Positions 17,598-23,366 of a stretch of DNA of 23,366 bases are shown piece after piece (position 1 is the stretch's first letter; each line of letters starts with the position of its first letter). This stretch comes from a virus (Duplodnaviria; Heunggongvirae; Uroviricota; Caudoviricetes). The notes under the pieces are model-generated. The model did no database searches. It was not told the DNA's origin and saw only the letters and a list, made by a program, of their open reading frames with translations. The DNA lies in the IMG/VR virus record IMGVR_UViG_3300037400_001691, positions 64,001-87,366 of that record. The stretch is one strand, 5' to 3'. The position numbers and the translations under genes are program-made.

Positions 17598-17631
17598 TTC
17601 ATTTAAATTTTAACATTAAACTTAAATGAAA
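17597..17631 (-). promoter_or_regulatory. Hairpin covering the endonuclease translation-initiation region
   Basis: Perfect 10-bp inverted repeat TTTCATTTAA / TTAAATGAAA (17622-17631 and 17597-17606). The last paired base is the A of the ATG. Regulatory role is inferred. Confidence 0.55.
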
Positions 17632-17937
17632 GCTCTCTACTCCCTTTCGGGATAGTCGATGAACTTTCATCCTTATACAAAATAAAAATATAAAATTTTG
17701 CATCAATTTACAAGTCCTATATTTAATTTTTGCATCTAGGATGCTTAGCTGCGGATTGTCCAATTCTTTTCTTTTTTACTATACCTTTATTAGTTAAATA
17801 AAGCCTTTATGTATATTTCTATCATAAATTAGTAGAAAAGACTCTAAGGAGTTTCCCGTCAGTTCACGAGATTTAACGACTACAACGATTTATGAATTAA
17901 TTCAAAGGTTCGTATGTCAATTTCGGACTGAAATTCA

Positions 17938-20900
17938 ATAGTCAGAACCTTGTAACCAAATCTGAGCTGTAGAAACAAAAGCTGTATTGATGTTTGGATT
18001 ATCAAATGCTACAATCTTCATAGGCATGAAAGATTGCATTGATTGAGAAGGTGTACGAGAAGCAACAACCTCAAGAGACTTTAAGAAAGATGTATGCATT
18101 TCTGCACCAATCTTATTGAAATATTTTGCTAAAGGATGATCGGAATAAACATCTATTCCATGACGCTCTTCTAATAAAGCGTTCATTTTTCTCATTTCTT
18201 CTAAATTAGCTTCAGAAGCTTCTGCTTCATCCACTCCTCTATCAAAAGCATCAACATTATTTTCAGTTAAAAACTTATAGAATTTCTTTGCTGATTTGTT
18301 TTTACTATTTTCAAACATTGCTACTGTAGTTTCATCAAATTCATTTTCTGAAATCTTAGCAGTAATGTAATTAAGATGGTCTATATAGAATTGTTCGTTT
18401 TTAGTAACGATTATTTCATTACCAGCATTATCAACATAGATTTTATCTTCATCACTAGATAGTTCATAAATATGATTTCCATCTAAGTCAGTACGATAAA
18501 GTTTTCCGTTTTCTTGTATTTTATTTATTTCAATTTTACGGAGTCCGTGTTGTTGTAAAAGTGGCTCTGAACTAGTTATATAATAATGATTTAATTTTCC
18601 GGTATATTTATTTTTACTACCATTTAATAAAGCAAAAGTATATAAATCATCACTGATTGTTGGAGCAACATCCTTAATTAACTTTTTAGTAAAGAAATTA
18701 GGATCATTCTTTATATCATCAAGAGAATCGTAAGTATCTAAATTAAATTCATCAATAAAGATTTTAGGAAGAATTAATTCGTAAGGTTCAGTTTGAATAG
18801 AAGTTTTATTTACTATTACTGAATGACCATCAATAAGAACTGAATATTCTTCGCCTTCCTCTTTCTTAACAAATTCTTCAGTTTGAGGAGATAAAACAAG
18901 TGTATCTTTTCTTACAACTCTTCTTAATAAAGTTTCTAATTGTTTTTTATTTAATGAAGTAGTATCTGTTCCACCAAATAAATAAGCATATTTAACTTTA
19001 AAAGCAAGTAATCCTACATCAGGAGTATCTTTTAATTCAAATAATGCTTGAATTGAATCTAAATCCCATAATGTAAAATCAGATTCAATATCACTTCCAG
19101 AATTTGCAATTTTTCCTGTAAAGTGAACATCGTAGTTTGCTAATTCTCTACCTTTAGTAATGTCTTCAACAATAGAAATATGTTGTCCGTTTACAATTTC
19201 ATTCTTAAGTTTCTTATATACATAAGGGTCTGTTATTTTAATAGATTCTTCAGATCCGTCTATAAAATAACTTCTTCCTATTTTAAGATTTTTAAGAGTA
19301 ACTGTACGAGCACTCATTCCATTTACATCTCTTGTTTCAAGAACTTGAGGTGCAAAACTATCTTGTAAAGATTGAAGATATTCTTGAGGAGTTTTTCCTT
19401 GTTCTTCTGCACGTTTTCTAATTTCTTCGAATTTAACAGTTCTAAATCCTCCATTTCCATTTGGAACTTGATAAAGTTGCATAATGTTATAAGATGGAGT
19501 TAATACTGATAAAATTCCAGGTATTTTCATTTTAATACCAGAATTAGTAAGGAATACAGAAATTGTAGAAATAAATTTAGCATAAACAGCAGGATTATCA
19601 CGAGGAAGTTTATCAAGATAATCTTGTTCTGTTAAAGTTCTACCTTTTTTAACTTCTTCAATTAATTCTTGAGCAAATACTGATAGTAAATCACTTTCAC
19701 TCATTGTTTGTTTAGATAAAGCTTTAACTACAACATTTACAGCTGCTTCAACTACTATTCTTTGACGATCTTTTGGTTCAAGATTTTTATTTCCGAATAC
19801 TTCTTTAATAGGATTAAGCAAATCTGCTGTTCCTACATCAGTAAGTGTTCTAAGAGCTTTGAACATTTCCATAGAATCATCAAGAGAGAATCCTCTGTGA
19901 GCACAAGCATTAACTACCTGTGTCATAAGAGAAAGTTCTGAACCGTCAGCGTGGTGCTCTTTATCAAGCTGAATACCTGCTTGATACATATGAATTTTCA
20001 TAAAGTTTAAAGGTTCATCATCATAATATAAATTCTTTGTATTTATATTAGCAGCACCTTGTTTTACTGCACCAGCAGTAGGCATATAATGTATATCAGA
20101 ATGTTTTAAAGGTTGATATACATCGTCTTGTGTTCTTGCATTTTCAATTTCCTCTTGTGATAGAGGTGTTCCATCTGCTTTTGTCCAGATAGAATTCATT
20201 GCTGCAACAACAGATTTTATAGAGTTTTCAGATGGAATAAACTTAGCTCCTTTTTGTTCATATGAATCTAAACCTCCGAATAATTGCCATAAAGTATAGT
20301 TAGAATTAACTAAGAATCCTTTACCTCTTTCATTTTCATTAGTTATAAATAAATCAGTAATATCATCACCATTTTCTGATTCATATGTATAAAGTTTTCC
20401 ATCAGCGTCTATATTAACAGGAGTTCCTTCAATTCTATATCTATTAGGTTCTTCTGTTGGAATTATGTTATTAACACTATAGAAAGTTCCATTCTTTTTA
20501 ACAATATATGGAAGTGTAAATGTGTCTCTTGTACTATATTTCTTAGTAATATCAAGAACTATAGGATTTCCATTTACATCAAACCAAGTTTGTTGTGTCA
20601 TTTTCCACATCATCTTTTCTAAGAATGGAGAGTTACGCATCCAATCATTAGTAAGACCGAAACCAGCAGTTTTAATGATACCACCACTACCTGTTGATTC
20701 ATCATAGAAGTGAACGAATTGTTTCTTACTAATACCTGCTTTTGCAGCACCAAGAGATTCATTTTCAAGATAAACAATAAATGGATTTACAAAAGTAGCA
20801 CCATCAAATGGTTTAACACCATCGTCAATATCACCACTTACATTATATTGAATATCTTTAACATCATCAATAACAGCGATATTATAATCAGAAGGAATTC

Positions 20901-23366
20901 CATTTAATAAACCTAATGCAAATTCTTGCATGGCAGCAGTCATAGATACATTACGTTTATGTTGAGCTTGGAAACGTCCAGCTTCCTCATGCTCTACATT
21001 ACCATCATCCTTTTTAACAGGGTGATTACACAATGTACCAACTGTTAAGTCCATCCACTCTTGAGAAATTAAATAATCTAAATAATTATATTTATCAATA
21101 AGTGGATTTAATTCAAATTTATAAGCATCAGAATCTAAGAAATCTATAACATCAGGAATAACTTGTGGATCATATAGTAAATCCGCATTAGTAAGTCTAT
21201 CCATTAAATCGTTATATATGTCTAAGATTTCATTATCAATGTGGTCACGTCTACCTCTTAATGCTTCAAGTAAATTATTTTTAACTGGAATTAAATCTGA
21301 TTTATTTAATATTCTATGTGGAACTCCATTTATAGTTACATATCCAAGAACCATTTCACCTAAAGTATTATCTACCCAACGAGGATCATGAGATGATTTA
21401 GCTGAATTAGTAAAATAATCTTTAATATAAAGTGATTCTGGTGAATTATCAGTTAAATCTACTTTAAAATCGCATCTTAATAAAGAACCAATAACGTCAG
21501 CTTTCTTATGTTTAAAGAAATCAGATGAAAGTTCTGGAATATTAAATCTTTTTTGGTATTCAAGTAATACTTTATTAGGTTTAATACTTCCATCTTTATT
21601 AGTAATAAAGTGCATCTGATCAGTTATTGATATAGGTGCGTGTGGATGTTGTAGATTATAATCTTTAATGAAAGCATTTAAAGCACGAGCAGAATCATAT
21701 AAAGGTTTTCCATTTTTATACATTATATTTCCTTCTAAATCTCTTCTTATATGTCTTTCATTAAATTTATCAAAAGATATTTGTGTATATTCAAGACTTT
21801 CTGATTTTGTTGATAATATAGTATTTAAATCTTTATTTATTTTATTTACTACATTATCGTAGAATTTTTTAAATTCTGTATTTATAAATCCTTCAAGTTC
21901 TCCAGCAGTTAAATCTTTAAGAGCTTTAGTTTGCCCAGCGATTATAACTTCTTTATTTCCATCTATTACTAAACGTCCGACAGTGTTTTTATCAGAGTTT
22001 ACAGAAGGAAGAATTGCAAATACACCATCACCTACTATTGAACTAAATGATTTTCTTGGAATTAATCCAGAGATATAATCTTGTAAGAACATAGCAGATG
22101 TAAACTCATTTACATTAAATTTAGTATGATCTTGTACTTGATTTAAATCATAAAATTCACGAGCAGTATAAATTCCTTTAATTACACCATTTTGTAAAAG
22201 GAACATATTTCTAGATGCTGAATTTTGTGTTTTATTTTGTAATTCAAATTGAGATTGTACTGAACCTAAAAGACGACTTAAAGATTGTTGTGATTGAGAG
22301 TTACCAGAACCACTCTTAATTTGAGAAGATGATAATAAACCTTGTTCAATAGAAACAGCCTTAGCAATCATTTCTAAAGTATTAATATCTTTTTTAGGGA
22401 TTATATCAATTTCACCTATATTAACATCAATCTTAGGAGAATTTTCTTGTCCAAGTTGAGCATTTAAACAATCTTGCATTTTAGTTTTTGTATCAATACC
22501 TTTAAGAATATCATTAGAAATAAAGATATTAAGTAATGTACGTCCAGCTAAATTTACTAAAGATTTAAAATTAGTATTTACTTCTGAATCACTATTAGAC
22601 ATATATCTAATAGTATCACGATTAATATTTAATCCTAATACATTATTAATTCCGTTAAGTAATTCAATTCCGTCTGTAGTATTAATATTAATTTCTTCAA
22701 TTTCAGAGTCTTGTTTATCACCTCTTTTATAGTATTTTATTTCTCCGTCTTTAGCTACAATAAGATAAATATCAGAATTAGGAAATTCTATTTTTAAACT
22801 CTTAAAATCTTCAGATTTATCAGTTTTATTAAAAGTTCCTTTTAAACTAATTCCTCTAACATTTCCAGAATGATTTTCTCCAGAGATATAAACTCCAGGA
22901 AGTTTACTACTATTTTTAGTTTTAATTGTTTGTCTAATATTTCGTAAGATTCCATCCATACGAGTATTTAACATATTTCTTACTTGAATTTGACCGTTTT
23001 GTCCACGATAATACTGTAAGAAATTAATTCTAAAAATAGAGTCAGCTACTTGTGATAATTCTTCATATATATAACTCTTAGGATCTCTACTTGAAATAGC
23101 ATTTACAGAATTAACTCCTGTATTACCTGTAAGTCCCATATGAATTGAATATATGATATTCTTATCAGAGTCTTTTAAATTATTTAATATACCTGTATCT
23201 TTAATATAATCATATAGAACAGGGTGAGATAATACTTCGAAAACAGCTGATAAATATCTTTGAGGATTTTTTCTAATTCTATTTATAACTTGTGTAAAAG
23301 TTAAACCTTGCACAGCGTTCCATGTTAAAGGAGAAAGTATTTCATCAAGACCTTTTCTATCTATTT
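17938..23366 (-). CDS. Giant phage (virion-type) two-barrel RNA polymerase, exon 1, 5'-truncated by the window edge
   Basis: Frame is open to the window end (at least 1809 codons). Motifs PFDGATFVNP, KQFVH, IKTAGF and SRTPSQSMQS...WLQGSDY. The spliced product is at least 2897 aa with catalytic DYDID. Confidence 0.88.

Larger units (their letters stand above)
16845..17937 (-). mobile_element. Group I self-splicing intron (IA-like, with P7.1), 1093 nt, containing a homing endonuclease gene
   Basis: On the - strand: P4 CTG(A)CGGG pairs with TCCGCAG in GACAATCCGCAGCTAAG (17744-17760). R element GTTCATCGACTA (17653-17664). S element AAGATATAGTC (16875-16885). P7 GACTA/TAGTC. P3 TCTCGT (17866-17871)/GCGAGA (16911-16916). 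P7.1 TCCC-GAAA-GGGA. P8 hairpin 16886-16910, P9 hairpin 16852-16871. Upstream exon ends in U and intron ends in G. P1 pairing is only weakly visible, so the 5' splice site rests mainly on motif reconstruction. Confidence 0.93.
1..23366. other. Segment of a crAss-like (Crassvirales-type) bacteriophage genome
   Basis: Giant single-chain two-barrel RNAP followed by zincin and PD-(D/E)xK large genes, convergent with a block of small metabolic genes. Very AT-rich. AT-rich starts lacking Shine-Dalgarno motifs. Group I intron present. Family-level assignment is not possible from this window. Confidence 0.85.

Noticed and set aside
17696-17736. Direct repeat TTTTGCATC (17696-17704 and 17728-17736) in the intron P6 extension as a Bacteroides-type promoter
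   Set aside because: Does not match TAnnTTTG, and the spacing does not fit the -33/-7 consensus. Two short copies in AT-rich sequence may be chance.
540-21862. Short opposite-strand or nested ORFs in the track (540..737, 3210..3431, 3701..3883, 4408..4626, 7215..7424, 7421..7609, 10259..10522, 10852..11103, 10865..11047, 14413..14703, 16032..16229, 19180..19368, 20522..20707, 20710..20907, 21668..21862)
   Set aside because: All lie within or antisense to well-supported genes, have no recognisable motifs and look like shadow frames.
13578-23313. Treating track ORFs 13578..16757 and 17935..23313 as two separate genes (split RNAP subunits)
   Set aside because: The gap holds a full group I core and the flanks rejoin in frame to form the catalytic DYDID motif. 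The track starts are internal codons.
7718-23366. Claiming genome-wide genetic code 15 from this window
   Set aside because: Only one in-frame TAG was found and Gln is otherwise CAA/CAG, which is too little to establish reassignment. TGA is used as a normal stop, so code 4 is also unsupported.
17938-23366. Intein within the RNA polymerase
   Set aside because: No Cys/Ser-start, His-Asn-end splicing motifs or embedded endonuclease motifs were recognised in either exon.

Overview
AT-rich segment of a crAss-like (Crassvirales-type) phage genome, probably infecting a Bacteroidota host. The left part (1-7664, + strand) is a tightly packed operon of 17 ORFs. It opens with a four-gene NAD+ salvage cluster (pncB partial, nadE, Nudix hydrolase, pncA), followed by a metallophosphoesterase, a HAD 3'-phosphatase, a YqeY protein, an AAA+ ATPase and small hypotheticals, and ends at a hairpin terminator (7671-7719). 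The right part (7718-23366, - strand) is a block of three large genes: a giant two-barrel RNA polymerase, a zincin-like protease and a 1600-aa protein with a PD-(D/E)xK nuclease domain. The RNAP gene is split inside its catalytic DYDID motif by a 1093-nt group I intron carrying a LAGLIDADG endonuclease. The protease gene contains one in-frame TAG. Most notable: (i) a deamidating NAD+ rebuilding route unlike the NARP1/NARP2 gene pairs, (ii) cysteines at all four facing termini of the three large proteins, (iii) the lone amber codon between the protease HExxH motif and its likely third Zn ligand, (iv) the active-site intron. All family calls come from motif recognition by eye; no searches were run.
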